64,000 bases of DNA from Candidatus Uhrbacteria bacterium CG_4_9_14_3_um_filter_50_9 (GTDB taxonomy: Bacteria; Patescibacteriota; Patescibacteriia; UBA9934; GWF2-40-263). The stretch spans positions 47,350 through 111,349 of the forward strand of contig PFWU01000049.1 in the NCBI GenBank assembly GCA_002791295.1, written 5' to 3'. Positions 33,495-43,571 of the stretch are shown piece after piece; positions within the stretch are counted from its first letter, which is position 1; the number at the start of each line of letters is the position of its first letter. The notes beneath the pieces are model-generated. The model had not been told where the DNA came from. It ran no database searches and was given only the letters and a program-made list of their open reading frames with translations. The position numbers were made by a program, and so were the translations under genes.

Positions 33495-34610
33495 ATGGGA
33501 ACAATACTACTTTTCATCATCGTTCTTTCTTTGCTCGTTTTCGTCCATGAATTGGGGCATTTTTTAATGGCCAAAAAGATGGGGATGCGCGTTGATGAGT
33601 TCGGATTCGGTTTTCCTCCTCGTTTGTTTGCGATTCGAAGGGGCGGAACGGATTATTCGATCAACTGGATCCCGCTCGGGGGTTTTGTAAAAATCAAAGG
33701 GGAGTCTGGTGCGCACAAGTTTGAGACAGACAGTTTTTCTTCTAAAAAAGCGTGGCAGCGGTTCCTTGTTTTGATTGCGGGTGTCGCCATGAATATTTTC
33801 TTGGCCGCTATTCTTTTTTCAATCGGGTTCATGGTTGGTTTGCCAAGCCAAATCGATGACACCCTCCCAGCCGGCGCACGTGTGGTCGATCAGGAAGTGC
33901 TCATCATGCAAGTCTTAGAGTCTTCTCCAGCAAGTGGGGCGGGGATCCTTCCAGGCGATGTTCTTGTTTCTGTTGATGGACGTTTTTTTGAGACGGATGC
34001 AGAAGCCCGTGCGTATATTCAGGAGCGTGGAGAAGAACCTCTTTCCGTTATTGTTGAAGGGGAGGATGGAACAGATCGAACGTATGTGCTTTCGGCAACG
34101 TACCTAGAAGAGGTGGATGCCACAGCATTGGGGATCGGATTTATTACCACAGGGACCGTCTCTTATCCGTTTTTTACCGCCTTGGTGCAAGGGGTCGGTA
34201 CGACGTTTTCTCTAACCTGGGAAGTCCTGAAGGCTTTTGTGGATTTGATTCGCAATTTGGTTTCAGGTCAGGGAGTCGGTGTGGAGCTCTCTGGTCCAGT
34301 TGGGATTGCAGTGATGACTGGGGAGGTTGCGGCACTTGGTCTTATCTATCTTCTTCAGTTCACGGCGATTCTTTCGATTAACCTTGCGATCATCAACGTT
34401 CTTCCATTTCCAGCACTCGATGGAGGTCGCATTCTCTTCTTAATCATCGAGAAACTACGCAGTAAGCCGGTTGACGAGCGTGTGGAGGCCGTGGTGCACA
34501 ACTTAGGATTTTTGTTTCTCATGGTTCTTGTTGTTCTCGTAACGTATCGTGATGTTGTGACATTCGGGGATGAAATCATTGGAGCGATTAAAGGAATGGT
34601 AGGGGTTTAA
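33495..34610 (+). CDS. rseP: RIP metalloprotease RseP/RasP (site-2 protease, peptidase M50)
   Basis: HELGHF (HExxH) in the first TM, a PDZ domain, and NVLPFPALDGGRILF (LDG motif). Confidence 0.85.
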   Translation: MGTILLFIIVLSLLVFVHELGHFLMAKKMGMRVDEFGFGFPPRLFAIRRGGTDYSINWIPLGGFVKIKGESGAHKFETDSFSSKKAWQRFLVLIAGVAMNIFLAAILFSIGFMVGLPSQIDDTLPAGARVVDQEVLIMQVLESSPASGAGILPGDVLVSVDGRFFETDAEARAYIQERGEEPLSVIVEGEDGTDRTYVLSATYLEEVDATALGIGFITTGTVSYPFFTALVQGVGTTFSLTWEVLKAFVDLIRNLVSGQGVGVELSGPVGIAVMTGEVAALGLIYLLQFTAILSINLAIINVLPFPALDGGRILFLIIEKLRSKPVDERVEAVVHNLGFLFLMVLVVLVTYRDVVTFGDEIIGAIKGMVGV

Positions 34611-34611
34611 T

Positions 34612-35667
34612 ATGAAAGAGCAGTTAGAACAAATTAGAAGAGATTTTTTAACGCTGGTTAAGGAGGTGCGAGATCGCACACAGCTTGAAGAGTTGAAGAA
34701 TGAATTCTTAGGTCGAAAAGGACGTCTGAAGGGAGCCATGAAAGAAATGGCTTCTTTGGCTGAGGAAGAGCGAAAGTTAATCGGGGCATTTGCGAATGAA
34801 ATAAAAGAAGCGATTGAACACGTGTACGGTGAAGAGGAGAAGAAGATTGAGCGAGAAGAAGAAGCAACACGCGCTGAGCGTGAGTGGATTGATATTACAG
34901 AGCCAGGGTCTTTTCAGAAGACTGGGCATCTCCATCCCGTCAGTCAGACGATCGCTGAGATCACGGATATTTTTGCACGTATCGGATTTACACGTGTACC
35001 TGTTCCCGAAGTGGATTGGGATTACTATGCGTTTGAAGCCCTGAACATGCCAAAAGATCATCCTGCGCGTGATGACTGGGAGACGTTTTTTATTGATGCT
35101 CCGGAGGGGAAGAAGGGGAAGATTGTGGCAATACCTCACATCTCAAATGTGCAGGTACGTGCCATGGAGGAGTTAAAGACCCCGTTCCGCGCACTTTACA
35201 TCGGTCGCGCCTATCGACGACAAAGTGACACATCTCATTTGCCCATTCATCATCAGTTTGAAGTGTTGATGGTTGATAAGGGGGTGACTCTTTGTGATCT
35301 CAAAGGAGTCATTGAACATTTTGTACACTCCTACTTTGGCAAAGATCGCACGGTGCGTTTACGACCACATCATTTTCGCTTTACCGAACCAAGTTTTGAA
35401 ATCGATATTAGCTGCGACGTTTGCAAGGGGTCGGGAGAGAACAACGGAGCCTCATGCCGACTCTGTAAAGAAGGATGGCTTGAGCTTGCCGGGGCTGGAA
35501 TGACACATCCGAATGTGTTGAAGGCTGGTGGAATCGATCCAAATACATACACAGCGCTCGCCTTCGCCTTCGGAATTGAGCGTACACTCATGATGCGCGA
35601 GGGGATTAATCTCGATGATATCCGCTTGCTCTATAAGAATGATCTCCGATTCGTCAATCAGTTTTAG
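34612..35667 (+). CDS. pheS: Phenylalanine--tRNA ligase alpha subunit
   Basis: Class II aaRS motifs (HPARDDWETFFI, FRFTEPSFEIDI), 351 aa. Confidence 0.9.
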   Translation: MKEQLEQIRRDFLTLVKEVRDRTQLEELKNEFLGRKGRLKGAMKEMASLAEEERKLIGAFANEIKEAIEHVYGEEEKKIEREEEATRAEREWIDITEPGSFQKTGHLHPVSQTIAEITDIFARIGFTRVPVPEVDWDYYAFEALNMPKDHPARDDWETFFIDAPEGKKGKIVAIPHISNVQVRAMEELKTPFRALYIGRAYRRQSDTSHLPIHHQFEVLMVDKGVTLCDLKGVIEHFVHSYFGKDRTVRLRPHHFRFTEPSFEIDISCDVCKGSGENNGASCRLCKEGWLELAGAGMTHPNVLKAGGIDPNTYTALAFAFGIERTLMMREGINLDDIRLLYKNDLRFVNQF

Positions 35668-35668
35668 T

Positions 35669-38047
35669 ATGCAAATTCTCGCTTCATACAATTGGATTAA
35701 GGAATATCTCGACACAAATCTTTCGCCGGAGGAGTTTGCAACGCTCACAACAGATGTGGGGAATTCAGTGGAGGTGATGGATCGTGTTGCTGACCGTTTC
35801 GATCAGATGGTCGTTGGAGATGTGCTTCAGGTAGAGCCGCATCCACATGCAGATAAGTTACACATTGTTTTGACTGACATTGGCAAGAAGAAGGTGGAAA
35901 TTGTTTGTGGTGGAGCGAATCTTGCAGTTGGTCAGAAGGTTGTCGTAGGTCTTCCAGGCGCCAAGGTGCGTTGGCATGGCGAAGGAGAGTTGGTTGAGCT
36001 CAAAGAAACTGAGATCCGTGGGGTCACGAGCCACGGCATGATTTGTGCCGTAGAAGAGATCGGGTTTGAGAAGCTCAAACAACATGATGGCGATATTTGG
36101 GATATCACTGCGCTGACGAACACAAAAGCTGGGACATCTGTGAGCGAGGCACTTGATCTGGATGATGTTCTTTTTGATATCGAAGTGACCAGCAATCGTC
36201 CTGATTGCAAAAGCATCATCGGCCAAGCACGGGAGGGGGCTGCTGCAACAGAGACGATGTTTACGTGGGTGCCAGGCGTGCCGGAGGGGGTAAGTGGTGA
36301 TGCAGGGTTTTCTGTTGAGGTGAAAGATTCAGATCTTTGTCCACGCTATACGGCTGTTGTGATTGATGGAATTACGGTGGGGCCGTCGCCGTGGTGGCTT
36401 CAGAAGAAGCTTCTCTTGTCTGGATTCAAGCCGATTAACAATCTTGTTGATATCACCAATTTCGTGTTGCACGAATATGGTCAGCCGCTTCACACGTTTG
36501 ATGCCGACAAACTTGAAGGTCAAAAGATTGTGGTGCGCAAAGCAAAAAAAGGAGAGCAGTTCGTCGCACTCGATGAACAAGCATACGAACTTTCGAGTGA
36601 CATGCTCGTCGTCGCTGACGGGGAACGTCCTGTGGCGGTGGCAGGGGTGATGGGGGGTCTTGCAACAGGTACAACAGAATCCACAACAAAAGTCGTGATT
36701 GAGTGTGCCGCATTTGAGCCGGTTTCTGTACGCCGCACAGCACGAACCCTGAATCTTTATTCTGACTCCCAGCTCTTGTTCGAAAAAGGTCTCTCAACCG
36801 AGGCACTTGGGCCGGCCCTTGCTCGTGCCATTGAACTCATCAAGGAATTAGCTGGTGGAGAGGTCGTTTCAAAAATTTTTGATGAACGTCGTGGGGTCTA
36901 CGAACCGCTTCGCTTTCCATATGATGCTGCGGCCGTAAACCGCTTGTTGGGGATTCAGATAGAAGAAAAAGATCAGGTGGCCATCCTTCATCGACTTGGG
37001 TTTGATGTGAAAGGAGGTCAAGCTGTTGTGCCGTACTGGCGAGATCATGATATTGAGGAGAGCGTGGATTTGGTTGAAGAGATTGCACGTGTGTATGGCT
37101 ACAATAATTTTCCGTCACGACTTCCATCAGGAGAGCTCCCACGAGCCACAGAGCACCCTGGCCTTGTTTGGCAGCGTCGTGTGAAGGAGTTTCTCGCGGG
37201 TATTGGATTTTCAGAGGCCTATAGCTACTCATTTGTTTCAAAAGATCAGCTCGAACATTACGGCATCAATGAAGAGACGGCTGTGAAGGTGCGTAATCCT
37301 CTCAGTGTTGAGCATGAGTATCTTCGCACTAGTCTGGTGCCAAGTCTTATGACGACCGTGGAAGAGAATCAGGCGCGTGTGACCAGTGCGGATATTTTTG
37401 AGCTTGCACCGATTTATACAGCAAAGAAACACGACATCCCAGATCAAGAATTTCGTCTTGTGATGGGAACCTATGGAAAGGATGGAGCTGCATTGTTCGT
37501 ACGCTTGAAGGGGGCATTAGAGCAACTCTTTAAGCATGTCGGGATTCGTGACTGGTCCCTTGCGCGTGGGACGGATGGATCTCGTTGGCATCTTGGTCGG
37601 TCCGCACGTATTTTGGTGAATGGACAAGAGGTTGGTGTGATCGGTCAAGTGAGTCGTTCTGTGGAACAGGCATTTGGAGTCGATGTCGCAACCGTTGTGA
37701 TTGATCTTGATTTTGAATCCTTAATTCCTCAGTTGACCAAGGCAAAGGTATTCATACCCGTACCGCAATTTCCAGCCGTGAAGCGTGATCTCGCGTTCTT
37801 AGTTGATGAACGCATCGAGTATGGAATGATTGAGGAAAAGATTCTCGGAGCCAGTCACTTAGTACAATGCGTCGAGCTCTTTGATGTGTATCGCGGGAAG
37901 GGAATTGGTGAACAGCAAAAATCACTTGGTGTACATCTTGACTTCCGTTCAGATGAGAAGACTCTCGAGGCAGAAGAGGTGGACGAGCAGCTATCCACTA
38001 TTCGAAAGATGCTTGAAAAGGAGTTTGATGCTATACTGCGTTCATAA
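35669..38047 (+). CDS. pheT: Phenylalanine--tRNA ligase beta subunit
   Basis: The start was moved to ATG MQILASYNWIKEYLD, 1 nt after the pheS stop. B3/B4 and B5 domains (FDIEVTSNRPDC); 793 aa. Confidence 0.9.
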   Translation: MQILASYNWIKEYLDTNLSPEEFATLTTDVGNSVEVMDRVADRFDQMVVGDVLQVEPHPHADKLHIVLTDIGKKKVEIVCGGANLAVGQKVVVGLPGAKVRWHGEGELVELKETEIRGVTSHGMICAVEEIGFEKLKQHDGDIWDITALTNTKAGTSVSEALDLDDVLFDIEVTSNRPDCKSIIGQAREGAAATETMFTWVPGVPEGVSGDAGFSVEVKDSDLCPRYTAVVIDGITVGPSPWWLQKKLLLSGFKPINNLVDITNFVLHEYGQPLHTFDADKLEGQKIVVRKAKKGEQFVALDEQAYELSSDMLVVADGERPVAVAGVMGGLATGTTESTTKVVIECAAFEPVSVRRTARTLNLYSDSQLLFEKGLSTEALGPALARAIELIKELAGGEVVSKIFDERRGVYEPLRFPYDAAAVNRLLGIQIEEKDQVAILHRLGFDVKGGQAVVPYWRDHDIEESVDLVEEIARVYGYNNFPSRLPSGELPRATEHPGLVWQRRVKEFLAGIGFSEAYSYSFVSKDQLEHYGINEETAVKVRNPLSVEHEYLRTSLVPSLMTTVEENQARVTSADIFELAPIYTAKKHDIPDQEFRLVMGTYGKDGAALFVRLKGALEQLFKHVGIRDWSLARGTDGSRWHLGRSARILVNGQEVGVIGQVSRSVEQAFGVDVATVVIDLDFESLIPQLTKAKVFIPVPQFPAVKRDLAFLVDERIEYGMIEEKILGASHLVQCVELFDVYRGKGIGEQQKSLGVHLDFRSDEKTLEAEEVDEQLSTIRKMLEKEFDAILRS

Positions 38048-38059
38048 TCATAGGAGGAT

Positions 38060-38389
38060 ATGTTCTCACCACTTGAAGTGCTTTACATCGTCTTAGCGTT
38101 CTGTGCACTCTGGTTCACCGCCGGAATCTTTTGGATCATTTGGCAAATCGCCACGGTGATTCGTACGGTTAACATGGCTGTTGGGCAAGTGCAAGAAACG
38201 ATGAGCAAGATGGAGGAAGCGATTACGGGCATTCGATCTAAATTTGACAACACTTCCGCATCGCTTGGAGCGGTGGTGCACACAGCGACAAAGGCCGTCG
38301 AGTACATCATGGAAAAGAAACTGAATAAGGCAGCGAAACGTGCCACAGCAAAGAAGTCGACAAGCAGAAAAAAGAAAATGGATAGCTAA
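38060..38389 (+). CDS. Small membrane protein, hypothetical
   Basis: 109 aa with one TM helix (VLYIVLAFCALWFTAGIFWIIWQI) and a basic C-terminus. Confidence 0.45.
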   Translation: MFSPLEVLYIVLAFCALWFTAGIFWIIWQIATVIRTVNMAVGQVQETMSKMEEAITGIRSKFDNTSASLGAVVHTATKAVEYIMEKKLNKAAKRATAKKSTSRKKKMDS

Positions 38390-38414
38390 ATTTAGGCCTC
38401 AAAACAGCTTGTTG

Positions 38415-38445
38415 ACCCGCCATAGCCTCAGCGACGGCGGGTTTT
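38415..38445 (+). terminator. Rho-independent terminator upstream of dnaE
   Basis: cccgcc-atagcctcagcgac-ggcggg followed by tttt. Confidence 0.55.
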
Positions 38446-38482
38446 GAAATTGCGTAAAGAGGTGGTAAGCTCGAGGACGAAT

Positions 38483-41400
38483 ATGTCCAAATTTGTTCAC
38501 CTCCACACCCATTCGCACTACTCCCTTCTTGAAGCTCTTCCAAAGGTGAAGGACCTGTTGAAACATATAAAGGGAATGGGAATGGATGCGGTTGCCATGA
38601 CGGACAACGGCACCCTGTACGGCATCATTGAGTTTTACCAGAAGGCCATGGACGCCGAGGTGAAACCGATTATTGGTTGCGATATGTATGTGGCGCGTGA
38701 GAGTCGGCACATGAAACGTGCGCACATTGATACGCGACCACACAGGCTTGTCTTACTTGCTGAGAATAATGAGGGGTACGCCAATCTTCTGAAACTTTCA
38801 TCGATTGGGTTTCTGGAAGGATTTTATTACAAGCCACGTATCGATAAGGAACTTCTTCGTGAATACCGTAAAGGACTGATCGCACTTTCAGGTGGGTATC
38901 TTGGGGAGATTGATGAGTATCTCAAACTTGATAAGCAGGAGGAGGCCGAGACGGCCATCAAAGAGTACGTGGATCTTTTTGGAGAAGAAAATTTCTTTTT
39001 GGAGCTTGTTGATCGTCCTGAGATTGCCGAGCAGGAGGCGACTAACGCAAAACTGATCACACTTGGAAAAAAACTTGGGGTGCCTGTTGTGGCGACAAAG
39101 AACACCTTTTATTTAAAGCCACAGGATGTGGAGGCTTGGAAGATTTTAAATTGCATCAAGGGAGGAAAGACCCTTGAGCATTTCGATCGCATTAATCAGT
39201 TTGAGTATGACGCATCCATGGTGAGTGGTGAGTACATGGAGGAACGATTTAAGGATGTTCCGGAGGCGATTGAAAACACACGCAAGATTGCTGATCGCTG
39301 CCACGTTGAGTTAACACTCGGAGCGTGGAATTTCCCGAAGTTTGTGATTCCAGAAGGGAAGTCATTTTTGGAAGTTCTGACAGAGCAGGCGTTTGCTAAA
39401 CTTCAGGAACTGCGCGCGGGTCGAGAGCTGACTCAAGAAGAAGTTGACCGTCTCAATTACGAACTCGATATCATTGAGCAAAAGGGATTCTGTCCATACT
39501 TTCTTATCGTGGCTGATTTTATTTCGTGGGCACGCACAAACGGAGTCATGACCACCACACGTGGTTCAGCGGCAGGGTCTCTTGTGGGGTTTTCCATTGG
39601 CATTTCAACGATTGATCCGCTGTTATACGAGTTGCCGTTTGAACGCTTTTTAAATCCACAGCGTCCGTCAGCCCCGGATGTGGATGCCGATTTTGCGGAT
39701 AACCGCCGTGACGAGGTGTTGGATTATGTGCGTGAAAAGTACGGTCACGAACAGGTGGCACAGATTTGTACCTTTGGAACCATGCTTGCGAGAGGGTCTG
39801 TACGCGATGTGGGGCGTGCGCTCGGATTTGAATACGGCATGATCGACGAGATCGCCAAGCTCGTGCCAATGGGAAGTCAGGGATTTCCTATGACCCTTGA
39901 ACGTGCTCTTGAGGAAGCCCCAGACTTGAGGCGTAAGTACGACACAGATGCGAACGTGCGGCGCGTGATTGATCTTGCGCAGCGCATTGAAGGCTGTGGT
40001 CGACATGTCTCCATCCATGCGGCAGGAACAGTGATTTCACCGACGGCTCTGACAGACTTTACGCCACTGCAGATTGATACTCGTGAGGGTAAGGTGATTA
40101 CTCAGTACGAGATGAAGTCCGTGGAATCTGCTGGGCTTGTGAAGATGGATTTTCTCGGGATTCGCAACCTCTCCATTCTTGGAGATGCCGTTCATCTTGT
40201 AAAGAAGACAAAAGATGTTGATATTGTCGTCGAAGAGATTCCTGTTGGAGACGAGAAGACGTTTAAGCTCTTAGCCGCGGGTCATACCATGGGAGTCTTC
40301 CAACTTTCAGGAGATGGCATGACGAAGTATTTAATGGACCTGAGGCCTGAGCGTGTTGAGGATATTATGGCCATGGTGGCACTCTATCGTCCGGGGCCAA
40401 TGGAAGTGATTCCAGAGTATATCGATCGCAAGGATCATCCGGAGAAGGTGAAGTATCTTGATCCCCGTATGAAGGAGTTTTTGCAGAAATCTTACGGGCT
40501 TTTGGTGTATCAAGATGACGTGATGCTTACCGCGATTTACCTCGCAGGATACTCCTGGCTTGAAGCGGATAAACTTCGAAAGGCCATGGGAAAGAAAATT
40601 CCCGAGGAAATGGCAAAGCAGAAAATTAAGCTGCTTGACGGCTTTGTGGAGCATGGTTTGAGTGAAAAGATGGCGCAGAAACTTTGGAAGCTCATCGAGC
40701 CATTTGCGGCGTACGGATTTAACAAAGCGCATGCAGCGAGTTACGGCATGGTGGCCTATCAGACGGCCTACATGAAGGCGAATTTTCCAGCCGAGTACAT
40801 GACGGCACTCATGACGGCTGAATCTGCCGACCTTGAGAAGATTGCGGAGGCCGTGAGTGAGTGCGAGCGCATGGGGATCGAAGTCCTGTCACCAGACATT
40901 AACGAGTCACTCAAGGATTTTACCTACATCAACGATACACAGATTCGTTTTGGACTGCTTGTGATCAAGAACTTGGGGGAGGAGGTGATTGAGTCGATTA
41001 TTCAGGAGAGAAAAGCGCAGGGTGTGTTTAAGGATTTAGCTGATTTTGCTGGACGCGTGTCCCATAGGGCCTTTAACAAAAAATCACTTGAGGCACTCAT
41101 CAAGGTTGGGGCATTGGATCGGTTTGGAGAACGCAAGCAGCTCCTTGTGAATTTAGACCGGCTTTTGATGTACAACAAGAATAGTCAGAAAGAGAAATCA
41201 TCAAATCAACAAAACCTCTTTGCTAGGGCTCCCCAAGTGATGGACAAAGCCATTTCACTTCGCCCTACTGAGAAAGCAAGCACACAGGAACTTTTGAGTT
41301 GGGAGAAGGAGCTCTTAGGGCTGTATGTGTCTGCACATCCGTTTGATGAAGTGGTGCCTGTGCTTGGGGAGTATCTGGTGTCGTGTGTCGATGTTCCTAG

Positions 41401-41998
41401 TCTTCCAGAGGGGAAGTTTGTGCGCTGTGGAGGAGTGGTGACGTTTTTGAAAGAGATTATCACCAAGAAGGGAGATCCAATGGCGTTTTTGGGGATTGAA
41501 GATGACACAGGAAAGCAGGAAGTGATTGTGTTTCCACGCGTCTATGTGCAAGCAAAGGAATATCTTGAGGAAGGGAAGGTGGTGTTGGTTTCTGCGAAAG
41601 TCTCTAAGAGAGAGGGAGAAGAGGCGAAGCTGCTCGCAAATAGTTTTATTGTGATTGGAGAGGGTGAGTTGCCCGATATTACCGGGATGCTTAGAGAGGG
41701 ACATTGGATTGCGCAGGAAGATCGACATTACAAGCCGATACATGAGGCTGTGGAAGAACCAAAGATCACTCCTCGGGGAGGGCTTTCTATTGCACTCAAA
41801 GGCAAGCCGACTCCAGAGATGGTTGAACAACTACGTGCTATTCTTCGATCAGCTCCAGGACCCAAGCCTGTTTGTCTCATGGTTGAGTCTGGTGGAAGGA
41901 TGCGGCGAATTGAAACCGATTACTCCGTCAATGCGTCAGAGGCAATGGTCGATGCTATTGCACAGCTTGTGGGTCGACAGAATGTCGTTTTAGAGTAA
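38483..41998 (+). CDS. dnaE: DNA polymerase III alpha subunit DnaE
   Basis: PHP domain (FVHLHTHSHYSLLEA), polymerase core (DFLGIRNLS), and an OB-fold C-terminus. The start was set at ATG MSKFVH; the ORF-track TTG start lies inside the upstream terminator T-run. Confidence 0.9.
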   Translation: MSKFVHLHTHSHYSLLEALPKVKDLLKHIKGMGMDAVAMTDNGTLYGIIEFYQKAMDAEVKPIIGCDMYVARESRHMKRAHIDTRPHRLVLLAENNEGYANLLKLSSIGFLEGFYYKPRIDKELLREYRKGLIALSGGYLGEIDEYLKLDKQEEAETAIKEYVDLFGEENFFLELVDRPEIAEQEATNAKLITLGKKLGVPVVATKNTFYLKPQDVEAWKILNCIKGGKTLEHFDRINQFEYDASMVSGEYMEERFKDVPEAIENTRKIADRCHVELTLGAWNFPKFVIPEGKSFLEVLTEQAFAKLQELRAGRELTQEEVDRLNYELDIIEQKGFCPYFLIVADFISWARTNGVMTTTRGSAAGSLVGFSIGISTIDPLLYELPFERFLNPQRPSAPDVDADFADNRRDEVLDYVREKYGHEQVAQICTFGTMLARGSVRDVGRALGFEYGMIDEIAKLVPMGSQGFPMTLERALEEAPDLRRKYDTDANVRRVIDLAQRIEGCGRHVSIHAAGTVISPTALTDFTPLQIDTREGKVITQYEMKSVESAGLVKMDFLGIRNLSILGDAVHLVKKTKDVDIVVEEIPVGDEKTFKLLAAGHTMGVFQLSGDGMTKYLMDLRPERVEDIMAMVALYRPGPMEVIPEYIDRKDHPEKVKYLDPRMKEFLQKSYGLLVYQDDVMLTAIYLAGYSWLEADKLRKAMGKKIPEEMAKQKIKLLDGFVEHGLSEKMAQKLWKLIEPFAAYGFNKAHAASYGMVAYQTAYMKANFPAEYMTALMTAESADLEKIAEAVSECERMGIEVLSPDINESLKDFTYINDTQIRFGLLVIKNLGEEVIESIIQERKAQGVFKDLADFAGRVSHRAFNKKSLEALIKVGALDRFGERKQLLVNLDRLLMYNKNSQKEKSSNQQNLFARAPQVMDKAISLRPTEKASTQELLSWEKELLGLYVSAHPFDEVVPVLGEYLVSCVDVPSLPEGKFVRCGGVVTFLKEIITKKGDPMAFLGIEDDTGKQEVIVFPRVYVQAKEYLEEGKVVLVSAKVSKREGEEAKLLANSFIVIGEGELPDITGMLREGHWIAQEDRHYKPIHEAVEEPKITPRGGLSIALKGKPTPEMVEQLRAILRSAPGPKPVCLMVESGGRMRRIETDYSVNASEAMVDAIAQLVGRQNVVLE

Positions 41999-42033
41999 GT
42001 TTTGGTGTATACTGGAATTAATTAGGAGGAACT

Positions 42034-43269
42034 ATGCCCACACCAAAGAAAAAAACAACCACCAAAAAACGCGTGGCGGTAAAAAAGTCATCCGCTTCGA
42101 TTAAAAAGGTGCCGGTGAACAAGCAAGTGGTTGAAGCACCCGAGTATCAATCATCAGCCGTACCACTTGTGATGTATAAGCGTATTGCGCTTACCTTTGT
42201 GGTGATTGTGGCGTTTGCGCTTATCAGTGTGTTGTACCTCGCGACCATGCAGGCTGTGATTTATGTGGATGCCACTCAGACAGAGCACGCAGCTGAATTT
42301 ATTGTGACAGCGGTTGAAACGCCAACAAGTGAGACACAGATTCCAGCAGAACTTGTTTCTGGAACTCTTGGCAAAACGAAGACGTTTGAAGCGTCTGGTG
42401 AAGGAGCTATTGAACAGGTGGGTGTGGCAACAGGAACTGTGACGCTCCATAACAACATGAGCACGTCTCAGCCTCTTGTTGAGACCACACGACTTCTTAC
42501 CCCTGAGGGGGTGTTGTTCCGTCTCGCAGAGCAGGTCACGGTGCCAGCAAGTGGAACAGTGACCGCAAGTGTGTATGCGGATGAAGAAGGATCGAGTGGG
42601 GATATTGGTCCATCCACATTCACGATTCCTGGTTTGTCTTCTGCGAAACAGGAGCTTATTTATGCGGAAAGCTCGGAAGCGTTTACAGGGGGAGTCGTCA
42701 TGGTGTCGGTTGTAACACAGGAAGAATTAGATGCAGCGGTGACGGAGCTTACGAATGAGCTGCTTGAAGACGCAAAAGTGATGCTGCGTGATGAAGCTGC
42801 CGGTGAATACGGTGGAGAGATTTTTAAGACAAACGTGAGTGAGCGCGCATTCAGCATTGAACCCAATACCCAAGCTGATGCGTTTGAGGTTACGGTCAGT
42901 GTTGAGACATTGGCTGTGTTTTATAACAGTGGATCCCTCGAACAGCTCGCTCTCATCAAACTCTATGAGGGACTTGGGCAAGGTCAGGAGTTTACGCATA
43001 TTGCGACCGATGAACTTCAAGTAACCCTAGAGGCGTTTAATGAGGAAACCGGGCAAGCGTCTTTACGTGCCACACTGACAGGACGAGCCATTACATCTCG
43101 TGCGAGTGATCGTTTAGATGTTGGGCGCTTTGTTGGGATGACCGGAGAGGAGGTCAAGACGCTTTTGCTGGGGGAAGGAGTCGCTGAGGCTGTGCGTGTC
43201 GAGTTCTTTCCGTTCTGGGTCAGAACTGTACCGCAATTGAAGGATCATATTTATATCGAAATTGAATAA
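42034..43269 (+). CDS. Hypothetical membrane-anchored protein
   Basis: 411 aa. Lys-rich N-terminus, one TM helix (IALTFVVIVAFALISVLYLATM), and a large extracytoplasmic domain. Preceded by an AGGAGG RBS. Confidence 0.5.
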   Translation: MPTPKKKTTTKKRVAVKKSSASIKKVPVNKQVVEAPEYQSSAVPLVMYKRIALTFVVIVAFALISVLYLATMQAVIYVDATQTEHAAEFIVTAVETPTSETQIPAELVSGTLGKTKTFEASGEGAIEQVGVATGTVTLHNNMSTSQPLVETTRLLTPEGVLFRLAEQVTVPASGTVTASVYADEEGSSGDIGPSTFTIPGLSSAKQELIYAESSEAFTGGVVMVSVVTQEELDAAVTELTNELLEDAKVMLRDEAAGEYGGEIFKTNVSERAFSIEPNTQADAFEVTVSVETLAVFYNSGSLEQLALIKLYEGLGQGQEFTHIATDELQVTLEAFNEETGQASLRATLTGRAITSRASDRLDVGRFVGMTGEEVKTLLLGEGVAEAVRVEFFPFWVRTVPQLKDHIYIEIE

Positions 43270-43273
43270 CTTG

Positions 43274-43300
43274 ACGCCCCGTGAAAGCGGGGCTATTGTT
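43274..43300 (+). terminator. Rho-independent terminator
   Basis: cgccccg-tgaaag-cggggc followed by tattgtttt. Confidence 0.55.
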
Positions 43301-43571
43301 TTACTATCGCAGTGAAGAAAGACATGTGTGCCTGTGGTGCCGTACAGAGACAGGGGTCGTGGCTGAGAGCCCCTGCGGATCGATCAGATACATACCACTT
43401 TTTGAGCGACCAGGCCCTGGAGGGCATTAATTGAGTGGCCAGGTGGGCGAGACAGCTTACTGGCAATTCGGGTGGAAACGTCCGCTGAGCTTTTAAAAGC
43501 GAAGTGGATCCCGAGACTTCACGTGTTCGTGAGGTTTTTTGTTTAATGGGAACAGTCCCCTAACTAACAGT
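43301..43571 (+). promoter_or_regulatory. Long structured thrS leader with a terminator-like hairpin immediately before the start codon (attenuation-type control; weak T-box-like sequence)
   Basis: A ~270-nt untranslated leader contains AGAGA, and AATTCGGGTGGAAACGTCCG, which is only a partial match (13/18) to the T-box consensus AATTAGGGTGGTACCGCG. A hairpin plus T7 run (cttcacgtgttcgtgagg-tttttt, 43517-43540) ends 30 nt before the ATG. Confidence 0.3.

Noticed and set aside
38444-38482. TTG start codons for dnaE (38444) and thrS (43539) from the ORF track
   Set aside because: Both lie inside the T-runs of upstream terminator hairpins. Conserved protein N-termini begin at the downstream ATG codons (38483; 43572).
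43301-43571. Confident T-box riboswitch call for the thrS leader
   Set aside because: Only a partial match to the T-box consensus. The specifier loop and stem I could not be assigned unambiguously by eye. It is kept as a low-confidence attenuator-like leader.
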